Shown in pieces: positions 16,463 to 26,617 of a stretch of 36,828 nucleotides of DNA (positions are counted from its first letter, which is position 1; each line of letters starts with the position of its first letter). This DNA is from an archaeon. Its GTDB lineage: Archaea; Asgardarchaeota; Thorarchaeia; Thorarchaeales; Thorarchaeaceae. The stretch lies in the NCBI GenBank assembly GCA_024276825.1, contig JAJRWI010000049.1, positions 1-36,828 of the forward strand, given 5' to 3'. Below the pieces are notes generated by a model. The model saw nothing but the letters and a program-made list of their open reading frames with translations. It ran no database searches and was not told the DNA's origin. The position numbers and the translations under genes were made by a program.

Positions 16463-18484
16463 ATGAGCCATTTTGAGATCAGAGCAAAGGAGTGTCTGGC
16501 CAGAATTGGTGTTTTCAAGACAAGGCACGGAGATCTAAGAACGCCATTGTTGATGCCAGTGATTCATCCGGGAAAGTCTGCAATCTCACCAACCGAGTTG
16601 ATTGAAGAGTTTGGCTTTCAGATGTTCATCACGAACTCATACATCATAAAGAGTCATGATAGATTCAAGAAGAAGGCGTTACAGGAAGGCGTGCACGGTC
16701 TCTTGGGTGTTGACGTGCCCATAATGACTGATTCAGGCACATTCCAGATGTACTTTCACCAGTTGCCTGAAGAAGAGATAGATCCCCTTGAGATAATTGA
16801 GTTTCAGAAGCAGATTGGCTCTGATGTAGGAACAATCCTTGATGTCTTTTCAGACCCAAAAGTTGGAAAGGCGCAGGTTGAACAAGACATGAGAAAGTCA
16901 CTGGAGAGAGCCAAGATCTCTGTGGACAAGAAAGGCGAGATGTATCTTGCGGGGACAGTACAAGGGGGGATATACTCTGACTTGCGAGAAGAGTCTGCCC
17001 GTGAAATGGCAAAGCTGGACTTTGATGTGTATCCCATTGGCGGTGTTGTGCCGCTGATGGAGAGGTATCGCTATGCTGACATTGTAAGAGCAACTCTTGC
17101 TGCAAAGAAGCATCTTCCACCAGATAGACCTGTTCATCTGTTTGGCTGCGGCCATCCGATGTTCTTTGCTCAAGCTGCACTACTGGGCTGTGATCTGTTT
17201 GATTCTGCAGGTTATGCAAAGTTTGCAGAGGACGGACGTTACATGCTAAACACTGGGACTTACCATCTAAAGAGCCTGAGGGAACTCCCCTGCGAGTGCC
17301 CAGTCTGTAGCAGAACAACCGCAGAAGGACTCAATTCCATGAAGAAGAGAGATCGAGAAGACCTTCTAATGAGGCATAACCTCTATGTGAGCATCGCAGA
17401 GATCCGTAGAGTAAGACAGGCAATAATGGATGGCAAACTCCTAGAGCTGGCAGCTGCAAGGGCAAGGGGGCATCCCAATCTGTTAGAAGCGTTGCACGTT
17501 TTCCTTGATCATTATGATATAATTGAAGAAGCGAGTCCAATCGGTGCAGCCTCCTCTATATTCTACACTGGAACCGAAACAACAAAGCATCCAGAACTCA
17601 GAAGGTTTCAGAAGAGGGTTATCAGGCGATACAAATATCGAAGCACTGACCTTCTGGTACTTGTCCCAGACCTTGGCGGACGCCCATATTTTGACTCATA
17701 TCCAGACCTGATCAGGGCTGTAAGAAAGACTAAGGCAGAGGATGTGATCTTGGCTTTTGTCACACCATTTGGTATTGTGCCATGGGAGTTGGAGCATGTT
17801 TATCCAGCACAACAGTGCATATTTCCAAGTGCTCTCGATGTTGATGCAATCAATACAGGTCTATCAAGAGTCAGTCGATTCCTGCAGAGTATCAGGTTTG
17901 AGAAAGCAGTCTGGTTATGCAAGGATACACCAATGAATTCGATTAGGGAGAAGCTCAGCGCATTTGCCTCAATCGAGATCATGGAAAAAACATCGGATGT
18001 TGAAGCGGCAATCCTTGCACATATTAATGAGAGGGCCAATTGGAAACTTAGGAAGATCAGGGCACTCTTCAAGTATCAATGGGACATTGATGACATTAAT
18101 CTCGATGGCGCAAGGGTTGTACTGTCCAAAAGCACAGGAAAGATCAGATACATCTCGATGGATGATGATATTGTGTTTACACTTGTCCCTCTGACAGGAT
18201 TGATGGCTCCAACCTTTAAAGGAGGTAAACTACTGCTTGAACATGGAATCTCTACCGTCTATAGGGTCATCATGGATGATGATGCAGTGCCATTTGTGGA
18301 ACAGGGAAAATCAGCATTATCCAAATTTGTAAAGGCAGCTCATCCTGACCTAAGGGCAGGGGAGGAGGTTCTTATTATGGACTCTTCAGACAGACTCATT
18401 GGGGTAGGCAGAGCCAATTTGAACGGTAATGAGATGCTTGCATTCTCCAGAGGAGTGGCCGTTTCAACACGGCATTCTAAGTAG
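16463..18484 (+). CDS. tgtA: Archaeosine tRNA-guanine(15) transglycosylase with PUA domain
   Basis: TPLLMPVIHP, MTDSGTFQ, IGGVVPLME.Y, HLFGCGHP, DLFDSA, Zn site CECPVC...HN, and a C-terminal PUA domain. Confidence 0.93.
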   Translation: MSHFEIRAKECLARIGVFKTRHGDLRTPLLMPVIHPGKSAISPTELIEEFGFQMFITNSYIIKSHDRFKKKALQEGVHGLLGVDVPIMTDSGTFQMYFHQLPEEEIDPLEIIEFQKQIGSDVGTILDVFSDPKVGKAQVEQDMRKSLERAKISVDKKGEMYLAGTVQGGIYSDLREESAREMAKLDFDVYPIGGVVPLMERYRYADIVRATLAAKKHLPPDRPVHLFGCGHPMFFAQAALLGCDLFDSAGYAKFAEDGRYMLNTGTYHLKSLRELPCECPVCSRTTAEGLNSMKKRDREDLLMRHNLYVSIAEIRRVRQAIMDGKLLELAAARARGHPNLLEALHVFLDHYDIIEEASPIGAASSIFYTGTETTKHPELRRFQKRVIRRYKYRSTDLLVLVPDLGGRPYFDSYPDLIRAVRKTKAEDVILAFVTPFGIVPWELEHVYPAQQCIFPSALDVDAINTGLSRVSRFLQSIRFEKAVWLCKDTPMNSIREKLSAFASIEIMEKTSDVEAAILAHINERANWKLRKIRALFKYQWDIDDINLDGARVVLSKSTGKIRYISMDDDIVFTLVPLTGLMAPTFKGGKLLLEHGISTVYRVIMDDDAVPFVEQGKSALSKFVKAAHPDLRAGEEVLIMDSSDRLIGVGRANLNGNEMLAFSRGVAVSTRHSK

Positions 18485-19622
18485 TGGGTTCAGCCACTGA
18501 TGCCATTGGATGACCAGGGACCTTGCGAAGAGCATGAACTCCGCCAAGTGGTAGTATCATGACACTCCGAGGCGGAACATAGAAACGAATCTCTTGGCCA
18601 GGTTTGACCTCAGTATACGGGTCAAGAAGCGCCTGCGCCTGAATATCGCCCACATTGAAATATACTTCAGTTGCACTGCCGATGTATATGGTATGAGTGA
18701 CAACACCCGATATTTCATTGTCATGGGGGGCTTCACGGGTCAGCTGTAGGTTCTCTGGGCGAATGGCACATTTCACCTTCTCGCCAATCTCAAAGGGATA
18801 ATTCGGAATAGTGGTCACCCCTGTGATTATCTGTCCATCAGGCAATTCAACATTGATCTCATCGCTCACATGTTTTACTTCACCCTCGACAAAAGTACAC
18901 TGCCCAATGAAATCAGCGACAAAGATTGTCTGGGGATTGGCATAGATCTGTTTTGGAGTGTCAAACTGCTGCACATAGCCCTTGTCCATAACTGCCACTC
19001 TGTCTGAGATGCTGAGAGCCTCGTGCTGATCATGAGTCACATAGACGGTTGTGATTGACAGTTCCTTTTGAATCCTGATGATCTCTTCTCTCATCTCAAT
19101 CCTTAGTTTTGCATCTAGGTTTGAGAGTGGTTCATCAAGCAACAAGACATCGGGTTCAATTGCAAGAGCACGAGCCAGAGCGACTCTCTGCTGTTGTCCA
19201 CCACTCAATTGGTGGGGAGTTCTGTCGGCAAGCTCGCTCATCTTTACAAGGGCAAGAGCCTCTTCAACCCTGCGTTTGATCGCTTCCTTCGTGTATCGCA
19301 TTCCCTTGATACGTTTCATCCTGAGACCGTAAGCAATATTGTCAAAGACCGTCATATGAGGCCAGAGTGCATAGTTTTGAAAGCACATTCCAGTGTTCCG
19401 CTCATTGGGAGGAATATTTGTAACATCCCGATCATTAAAGAATATCTTTCCACGGTCGGGTTTGTAGAATCCTGCAATGAGGCGCAGGAGTGTCGTCTTT
19501 CCACACCCAGAAGGACCAAGTAGTGTGGTCAGTTCACCCTCCTGCAAGGTGAGATTCACATTGTCGGTTGCGACAACCTCGCCGAATGTCTTTCGAAGAT
19601 TAACAAGTCTTATTGTGACCAT
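18477..19622 (-). CDS. ABC transporter ATP-binding subunit (Fe3+/polyamine/thiamine type, TOBE domain)
   Basis: GPSGCGKT, FQNYALWPHM, LSGGQQQRVALARA, LLLDEPLSNLD, YVTHDQ. Confidence 0.95.
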   Translation of the reverse strand: MVTIRLVNLRKTFGEVVATDNVNLTLQEGELTTLLGPSGCGKTTLLRLIAGFYKPDRGKIFFNDRDVTNIPPNERNTGMCFQNYALWPHMTVFDNIAYGLRMKRIKGMRYTKEAIKRRVEEALALVKMSELADRTPHQLSGGQQQRVALARALAIEPDVLLLDEPLSNLDAKLRIEMREEIIRIQKELSITTVYVTHDQHEALSISDRVAVMDKGYVQQFDTPKQIYANPQTIFVADFIGQCTFVEGEVKHVSDEINVELPDGQIITGVTTIPNYPFEIGEKVKCAIRPENLQLTREAPHDNEISGVVTHTIYIGSATEVYFNVGDIQAQALLDPYTEVKPGQEIRFYVPPRSVMILPLGGVHALRKVPGHPMASVAEPTT

Positions 19623-19635
19623 TTACATTCAACTC

Positions 19636-21666
19636 CTAAATTCCAGTCATAGCAGAGGCTCTTGTCTTCAGTATTGCATTTGTAATAGTGATTACAACCA
19701 TCTGAAGAAACATCATTACAACACCCAGTGCAGCAGCTGGGCCGATTCCAAACAGAGGCGGCAGCCCTCTGTATACTTGATCTATCCAGAATGTGAGTGG
19801 TGCCTGGCTATAATTTGCGCCACCTAGCATCAGACTCGTACTCACCTCACTCACAGAGTAGACGAAAGATAGTAGGCCACCTGCAAGGACACTCACTCCT
19901 ATCAGCGGGATCACAATCCTTGCAAATGTGGTGTTCTTACTTGCACCAACATTGAGGGAGGCCTCTTCAAGGGCAACAGGAGTCTGTTGAAGTCCAGCAT
20001 AAGCAGCACGGACAGTGAATGGAAACTTTCGAACAGTAAACGACATAATGATTAAAAACATTGGAAAGTCAGGCGGGAAGAATGGGGTGGAATAGTATGC
20101 TGTGAAATAACCCGCAGCAATCACAATGCCAGGAAGAGCAATTGGTGATGTCACAAGCATGTCTAAAGCAGAGTTTCCCGGTATATCTCTTCTCGCAATG
20201 ATATAAGCCGCTGAAACTCCTAAAAGAACTGTGAAGAGTGTTGCCAGTCCAGCATACATCAGTGTTCGCATTATTGCCCCTTGAATGTCAACACTATCAA
20301 TAAGTAATGCATAATTACTGAGTGTAAGAGGGGGTATCAACGCACTTGATCTGTATTCTGCAAAAGAGAGGAGTATCACACTTATCTGAGGAATAAGAGC
20401 AAGAAACATGACAGGGATAACAATAAGATAGAGCAAGACTGTTGCTTGTGTGCTCAGAGGCCTTGTGCGTGGGTTCCATTGTCCGCCCTTACTGGCTGAT
20501 GCATAACTTCTAAGCGATGCGTATTTTCTTATTGCAAAGAATCCAGCCAGTGCAAAGAACAGGAGGATCATTCCAATTGCGGGACCAAGAGGGTTTATGC
20601 TTCCAGATTCGGCAGAGAACATATTGAATACCTGATATGCAAGAACACGTTGTGCCTGAGGATCATCAGCATAGACAATTGGGGTACCCAGATCCTCCAT
20701 GCTCAGAATAAAAGTCAAAATTGCTCCTGCTTGAATGCCAGGAAGAGCAAGTGGTAGAGTGACTGTTCTGAACAATGTGAATCCGCTAGCTCCAAGATTC
20801 TCTGCTTGCTCCTCCAATGAGGGGTCTATCCCCATGAATGAAGAATAGGCATTAAGGTAGACGAGTGAAAACAGCGAAAGGCCCTGAACGACAATAATTG
20901 CCGCAAGACCATGGAACTCAATACGAGTCCAAGAGAGTCCTAAGAGTGCAAAGAACTCGTAAGCAAGATTATTCAGAAATCCATGAGCACCCATGAACCA
21001 TCTGATACCAATTGCACCGATAAAGGGGGTAGAGAGCATGGGGAATATCAGAAGAGTTCTAAGGATTGACTTTCCAGTGAACTCGTATCGCGCAATAACG
21101 AAGGCAAAACTTGTACCAAGAATAACCGAGATGATTGTTACAATGATTGCCACCATTACCGAGTTTAGAATGACACCCATCTCAAGCCCCCATATTTCAA
21201 GTATTCCTGTTTCTGCACTGGGCCTAAAGATGGCAAAGTCTTGAGGCCGCCATTGCGGGACAAAAAGGGCATTTGAAAATAGAGTCAGAATTCGATCCAT
21301 AGTAAAATTGCCTGCACTGTCTATGAAAGTGGCAGCAACCACTGTAAAGAGAGGGTAGATTAGGAATAGTGAGAAGACCACAATTATTGCTATCAATTGG
21401 ATAAAAGCAAGGACATCCATTTCATCCCTGAATCTTCGATACCATCCTTTCATGTAGGTCATAGGACTTCTCAAGAATCCAGTCAGTGATCTAAAGAGTC
21501 CTGCAAACCAGTTGATGAATGAGAGAACGCCATTCTTGATTCCCCCCCCGATTCTCAGTATCATTCCAATGAAGAACAGCAGAATCCTCTGCCAGATTGG
21601 GGGGATTGGTTCAAGTCCTTCTTCATGGGGTGTTTCAACTAGTTCAGTCTCTGCCATTTCTGTCAA
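19636..21666 (-). CDS. ABC transporter permease, fused double TMD (FbpB/ThiP-like)
   Basis: Many TM segments and two EAA loops (LEEQAENLGAS; LEEASLNVGAS). Confidence 0.92.
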   Translation of the reverse strand: MTEMAETELVETPHEEGLEPIPPIWQRILLFFIGMILRIGGGIKNGVLSFINWFAGLFRSLTGFLRSPMTYMKGWYRRFRDEMDVLAFIQLIAIIVVFSLFLIYPLFTVVAATFIDSAGNFTMDRILTLFSNALFVPQWRPQDFAIFRPSAETGILEIWGLEMGVILNSVMVAIIVTIISVILGTSFAFVIARYEFTGKSILRTLLIFPMLSTPFIGAIGIRWFMGAHGFLNNLAYEFFALLGLSWTRIEFHGLAAIIVVQGLSLFSLVYLNAYSSFMGIDPSLEEQAENLGASGFTLFRTVTLPLALPGIQAGAILTFILSMEDLGTPIVYADDPQAQRVLAYQVFNMFSAESGSINPLGPAIGMILLFFALAGFFAIRKYASLRSYASASKGGQWNPRTRPLSTQATVLLYLIVIPVMFLALIPQISVILLSFAEYRSSALIPPLTLSNYALLIDSVDIQGAIMRTLMYAGLATLFTVLLGVSAAYIIARRDIPGNSALDMLVTSPIALPGIVIAAGYFTAYYSTPFFPPDFPMFLIIMSFTVRKFPFTVRAAYAGLQQTPVALEEASLNVGASKNTTFARIVIPLIGVSVLAGGLLSFVYSVSEVSTSLMLGGANYSQAPLTFWIDQVYRGLPPLFGIGPAAALGVVMMFLQMVVITITNAILKTRASAMTGI

Positions 21667-21699
21667 GGTCTATGTCCTCTCTCTACAGTGTGTGTTTGT

Positions 21700-23121
21700 C
21701 TATGATGCCAGCATAGAACTAAGTGATGCCAGTACTGCATTGTATTGTGCAACAGCTGCCGCGGTCCATTTGGTCTGCATCTCGTAATAGAAGTCCGAGT
21801 CATAGATCATGTTATTGTTGATCTCAGTAGCAAGAGATATTGTGAACTTTCTGTTAACACCATCAACCTCGACAGTGACTGGTGTGCCCATTTGAGCAGC
21901 CAGGGTGTTGAGCTCATCAAGTGTTATCTCGTTGGCATAATATGCATCAACAATTGCCTTCCAGCAAGCGGTTAGCTCGTCATGGGCATTATTATAGACA
22001 GCCTCGAAGTAGGCGGTAAATGCAGTGTTGATTGCTACTGAGAGTGTGTCATTGAAATCAATACCACTGTTATTGATAGTCTTGTTGTAAAGGGAGTAGA
22101 GTAGCTCGTTCTGCTGACCTATAGGAGTCTTAAAGGCAGACTCCAGCACAGGCATTCTATAAATTCCAGGTGTGAACCAGACTGATTGCCCTTCTGCGGA
22201 TAACACATAATCAAGGAATGCCTCAGCGGCCTCTTTGTTAGGAGCATTTTTAGCAATGGCAATAGGGTCACCATTGACTATGGACTCACCCTCTGGCAAA
22301 ATGTACTCGCAATCAGGGTTATTGGCCTGTGTGGCATAACCATAGAAGTCGATTGACATTGAAACGCCAACATCCTGATTCTCAACTGCTGCCTGAGTTT
22401 CCACAGACCCCTGATAGAGTCTTGCACTCCCAGCCATTCTGGCCAGTGTGATCCATCCCTCGTCCCAGCCCATTCCTTGAGTGATGATTTCATAGATCCT
22501 TGTGTTTGAAGTTGTCTTGGGAGCATTTCCCATGGCAATCGTGGCAGTTGGAAGCAGGCTTCCCCAGACAGGCTGGGCAAGATGGGTCCAGTTATTTGGA
22601 GTCGGGAGACCATATTTATCAAGGAAAGCATGATTGACAGTGAATCCAAATGATGAGATTGCAGCTGCAACCCATACGACATCACCATCATCATTATACC
22701 GTTTCATGTCTGTGGATGCGAGCTCATCAGGGACTCTTGCAATCACTTCAACCATGTGATCACTATTGAGTGGAGCCAGATATCCGTCCCGATACATCTG
22801 ATCGAACAGAGTGGGACCGCCACCCCAGAGAACATCAACACCACCAGCATCTATTACATCATCCCAGAAGATTGGTGCTTGACTCTTCCACATGATGTCA
22901 ACTATATTATGTGCCTTTGCAAAGTCGGTCTTAAGAAATGCTTCCTCGTAAGCATTAAAGATAGCAACATCATGTCGTGAGAGAACTGTCAGAGTTATTC
23001 CTTCTTGAGTAGGGGTCTGATTCATAATGACCACTACACCAGCAACACCAATGACTGCTACAATCACTACAACTATAGCAACCTTGGTCATGTTGGTTCC
23101 AGCTTCTAATTCTCCAGCCAT
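21700..23121 (-). CDS. ABC transporter substrate-binding protein (AfuA/FbpA-like), N-terminally anchored
   Basis: N-terminal TM VAIVVVIVAVIGVAGVVV; DVLWGGGP, P.NWTHL, GDPIAIAKNAPN.EAAEAFLDYVLS.EGQ. The start is uncertain (23121 or 23136). Confidence 0.88.
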   Translation of the reverse strand: MAGELEAGTNMTKVAIVVVIVAVIGVAGVVVIMNQTPTQEGITLTVLSRHDVAIFNAYEEAFLKTDFAKAHNIVDIMWKSQAPIFWDDVIDAGGVDVLWGGGPTLFDQMYRDGYLAPLNSDHMVEVIARVPDELASTDMKRYNDDGDVVWVAAAISSFGFTVNHAFLDKYGLPTPNNWTHLAQPVWGSLLPTATIAMGNAPKTTSNTRIYEIITQGMGWDEGWITLARMAGSARLYQGSVETQAAVENQDVGVSMSIDFYGYATQANNPDCEYILPEGESIVNGDPIAIAKNAPNKEAAEAFLDYVLSAEGQSVWFTPGIYRMPVLESAFKTPIGQQNELLYSLYNKTINNSGIDFNDTLSVAINTAFTAYFEAVYNNAHDELTACWKAIVDAYYANEITLDELNTLAAQMGTPVTVEVDGVNRKFTISLATEINNNMIYDSDFYYEMQTKWTAAAVAQYNAVLASLSSMLAS

Positions 23122-23385
23122 TTCATTCACCAGCAAGGTTAATCAATCATGATTGATAACAGAGTATTTCCAACTCTTTTCAGATTTCATAATCACGTTG
23201 TCTGCAATTGGTCAGGAATTATTAAAGGTTTAGGGAAAAACAGCAAGTTCGGCATTCCACATATACATATTATAATAAATGAAATAATTCAGATAAATGC
23301 TCATTTTAATTGGTTCATACTTCCGATAGACTAAAAGGCTATATAGGACAAGGTTATTTTCACTTTCAACACGAATTGTTCTATA

Positions 23386-24447
23386 ATGGAACAGGTGAAT
23401 ATAAAAATGAACGCGAAGGTAAGTGCTCGCAGACTAGCCGCAGTTCTACTTATTGCAGCTCTGTTTGCACCTTACTTCATGCCAGTGCACGATGTTTCTG
23501 CTCAAACAGAAGCAAAGACTATTGTCATAGACATGTCCCATGGTCAGTATAACAGCAAGCTTGTTAATGCTGAGGATGGGAATCTTACAGAGGATCTAAA
23601 GGCACTAGGCTATGAAGTGATTTGGGCATTAGGTGGATTAAATGACACAATTCTCGCTAATGCAGACGGGCTTTTGATAGGAAGCATCTATGGTGATGCA
23701 AACGGATTTGCGGTTACTGAGATTGAAGCAGTCGCAGACTGGTTTAATGAGGGTAACAAATTCATGTGGATTGGAGCTGATTCAGACTATTCAGGAGCAT
23801 ACATTAATGATAATATGACTGCTATTTTGACTGCAGTTTACTCTCATGTATATCCTGAACCAACTTCAATCGAGGATGCATATTCAAACTGTGGTGCAGG
23901 ATATAGACCAGTTGCAAATGGTACCGGTACTGCTGATGTCATTGCAGATGCTGTAGAGGGTGTTGAAGCCATCCTTTTGCATGGTCCTACACTGCTATAT
24001 GGCAGTACAACAGCTGAATATGACAACAACACCGTGGCTCTTGAGACCACCGAGATTGACAATGTCTACCCAATGTTGTACTACGGCGCTGCAGCCACAA
24101 TTGTGGATCATGACCTTGTTGCACCAGTTGCTCACAACGATGGTGATGTTGGTGCATTTGTTGCAATGACCGCAGAGTTGTATGCTGGTGATGGTCAGAC
24201 TGGTGTGCTGGTCGTTTCTGGTGCATCACCCTATGGTGACTACCAGCCAATGTACACAAATGAGTACAAGGGTGTTGGCCTTAATGGCTCACTGCTGGTT
24301 GTTCAGACCATTGAGTGGGGTATGAACCTGGCACCAACTCTTGTCGCACCAACCACAGGTGCTCCAGTTGACATGACCCTGATCATTGCTGGTGCAGCAG
24401 TAGTTGTCGTTGTCATAATTGTTGTTGCACTAATGAAGAGGAAGTAG
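23386..24447 (+). CDS. Secreted, C-terminally anchored protein with a GATase-like (GIFT/DUF4350-like) domain
   Basis: Signal peptide, IVIDMSHGQ...L...L.ALGYEV....L....L.NADGLLI, and C-terminal TM followed by KRK. Confidence 0.65.
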   Translation: MEQVNIKMNAKVSARRLAAVLLIAALFAPYFMPVHDVSAQTEAKTIVIDMSHGQYNSKLVNAEDGNLTEDLKALGYEVIWALGGLNDTILANADGLLIGSIYGDANGFAVTEIEAVADWFNEGNKFMWIGADSDYSGAYINDNMTAILTAVYSHVYPEPTSIEDAYSNCGAGYRPVANGTGTADVIADAVEGVEAILLHGPTLLYGSTTAEYDNNTVALETTEIDNVYPMLYYGAAATIVDHDLVAPVAHNDGDVGAFVAMTAELYAGDGQTGVLVVSGASPYGDYQPMYTNEYKGVGLNGSLLVVQTIEWGMNLAPTLVAPTTGAPVDMTLIIAGAAVVVVVIIVVALMKRK

Positions 24448-24452
24448 GTTCT

Positions 24453-24480
24453 ACTTCCCTCCCCCCTTTTTTTTCCTTCT
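24453..24480 (+). terminator. Pyrimidine/oligo-T tract after the stop codon (archaeal-type terminator)
   Basis: cttccctcccccctttttttt directly follows TAG 24447. Confidence 0.5.
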
Positions 24481-24506
24481 GAGATTTCATTGCGTATCTT
24501 TTAATA

Positions 24507-26453
24507 GTGGGCTTTACAATTTCTCTAGTTATGAAAAAGTCAGGTTTGGTTCTAACAGTTCTGATGATATCACTTATGCCAACAGCTGTGATCTTGCAGT
24601 CAGCAACACCTGTAAGAGCATGGGGTCTTGCGACTCATATGTTCATAGTTTCAGAAGTTGGCGAAAATATTAGCAACTCCACTTGGGCAGAGGTATACTC
24701 GTATTACTCACCAGAGATTTTAACTGGTGCAACCACCCCTGACCAGGTCTGGCAAGACTGGGATAATCACCTATACTATCCTGAAACAGGTGAGCATAAT
24801 GCCCCAACGGCTGCAGCAAAATGGTTCAATTATGCGCGGGACAATTTTACCGCAGGAAACTGGGAAGTAGGATTCTTTTCTTTTGGGGTATTAACACACT
24901 ATTATTCAGACCCGTGCATTCCTGTTCATACAGACGAATTCTGGCCGGGGCATACGGCCTATGAGAAAGACATCAACGACAATCTGGCTAATTTTGAGCT
25001 CACACCACCCACTGAAGTCATAATTGACAATGTTTCCCAACTTGTGATCGATAGTGCAACATACAGTCATCAATACTATGACACAGTTTATGGTGTATAC
25101 ACAGATGAGAATGTCACTGCAATAGAGTCCAATGCAGAGATCAAGTCATTGACCGAGAGTTGCCTCTCAATGGCAATCAATGGCAGTCTATCATTGTTCT
25201 ACACGCTTGTACAGGGATTAGATGCACCTGATGTGACAATCACATATAATTATGTTGCATTGTTCGACTGGGCACATTCAAACGATTACACTGATTATAG
25301 TGGGGAGTCCAAGCTTGTTTCAGTGAATCAGACCCTTGCAAGAAACCATTTTGAAATGCGACAGCAAACTACGGCATTTGACTCGTCATCACTTGCAGAT
25401 GTGGATTTATTGATCATCACCTGCGGAAATTCGCAGTATTCAAGTGATGAGTTGAATGCAATTGCAAATTGGGCAGCTAGTGGAAATAAATCAATCATAA
25501 TCACCGGCAGAGGCGACTATTCTACCTATCAGGACCCAGCCTATGCAAACAGCATTCTAGAGGCAATAAATGCGCACATCCGAATCAATGACGATAATGT
25601 CTACATGGAAGGAACATACCAACCTTGGTATAATGACATCACAGACATTCCAAGTCCAGAGGAAACATTAGGACTAACAACAGGTGTTCCATCAATAACC
25701 ATGTATTCACCAAACAGTCTGTACTTCACTGATGACGGGCCAGTCTTGCCCATAATATGGGCGGATGAAACGGCATATCAGACAGATCAAAACGCGCCTG
25801 CCATTGAAGTGGTTTGGGACAATTCACAGGATGGTGTCAATGGCGATCAGATCCCATTGATAGCAGTAGAGGAGGTTGGAAATCTAAGGTTGCTTGTTGC
25901 AGGAACGACATTCTTCAGTGATTATGACTATGGAAAGTCCGCACTCTTTGCTAATCCTCAACTGTTTGATAATGCCCTAGATTGGTTTGTGAACAGGGAC
26001 GATGGATATATTTCAGATGTTGACGAAGTGGGTCCAAGAGTTAGTAATCCTATATTTGATCCTGCTGCTCCCACTAATGGCACATCTGTCACCATTTCCG
26101 TGGAGGTCTCAGACCCATCAGGTGTAGATACAGTCATGTTGTATGCTACTGGAGAGTCAAAGAGTGATGTGTTTGAGATGACCCTCTCAAGCGGGGTGTA
26201 CTCTATCACATTGGCGGATGAGTATGGAAGACAAGTAAGCATCAAGATAGTTGCTAATGACACCATTGGAAACACAATCATTAGGGAGCCGTTTCAGCTC
26301 TCATGGTCAACGAGCAACGCGACAACACCGACTGAAACAACAGTGATAGACACCGTGCCAGGAACTGAGATTCAACCACCCACATTGCTATTCATCGGAA
26401 TTGGTGCCATCGCAGCAGTAGTTATTCTTGTTGTAGTGCTTAAAAAACGATAA
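24507..26453 (+). CDS. Surface-anchored Zn-dependent phospholipase C/P1-nuclease-fold protein fused to a GIFT-like domain and an Ig-like domain
   Basis: VRA|WGLATH (mature N-terminal Trp and His), TPD...HLY, HYYSDPCIPVHT, HTAYE; then LFDWAHSN GATase-like domain, an Ig-like region, a Thr/Pro linker, TM and KKR. Confidence 0.8.
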   Translation: MGFTISLVMKKSGLVLTVLMISLMPTAVILQSATPVRAWGLATHMFIVSEVGENISNSTWAEVYSYYSPEILTGATTPDQVWQDWDNHLYYPETGEHNAPTAAAKWFNYARDNFTAGNWEVGFFSFGVLTHYYSDPCIPVHTDEFWPGHTAYEKDINDNLANFELTPPTEVIIDNVSQLVIDSATYSHQYYDTVYGVYTDENVTAIESNAEIKSLTESCLSMAINGSLSLFYTLVQGLDAPDVTITYNYVALFDWAHSNDYTDYSGESKLVSVNQTLARNHFEMRQQTTAFDSSSLADVDLLIITCGNSQYSSDELNAIANWAASGNKSIIITGRGDYSTYQDPAYANSILEAINAHIRINDDNVYMEGTYQPWYNDITDIPSPEETLGLTTGVPSITMYSPNSLYFTDDGPVLPIIWADETAYQTDQNAPAIEVVWDNSQDGVNGDQIPLIAVEEVGNLRLLVAGTTFFSDYDYGKSALFANPQLFDNALDWFVNRDDGYISDVDEVGPRVSNPIFDPAAPTNGTSVTISVEVSDPSGVDTVMLYATGESKSDVFEMTLSSGVYSITLADEYGRQVSIKIVANDTIGNTIIREPFQLSWSTSNATTPTETTVIDTVPGTEIQPPTLLFIGIGAIAAVVILVVVLKKR

Positions 26454-26458
26454 TATGC

Positions 26459-26489
26459 GCAGGGGATCTCCCCTGCCTTTCTTTTTCTT
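26459..26489 (+). terminator. Hairpin plus U-tract terminator
   Basis: GCAGGGG-ATCT-CCCCTGC followed by CTTTCTTTTTCTT, just after the stop at 26453. Confidence 0.75.
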
Positions 26490-26617
26490 ATATCAAATAA
26501 ATGATGTTTTGTCATATTTAATCGAATAGCTTGCGTATTTTTCGTCAATTGGTGCATGCTGAGTATGTTCATATTTTAAAAATACCATATTACCATGTCC
26601 ATGAGAGGTGGGCATAG

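Noticed and set aside
16665-17318. 217-aa antisense ORF inside tgtA, and the other short overlapping ORFs (e.g. 908-1369, 31974-32573, 33686-34312, 35945-36385)
   Set aside because: Shadow frames of well-supported genes, with no protein-family motifs.
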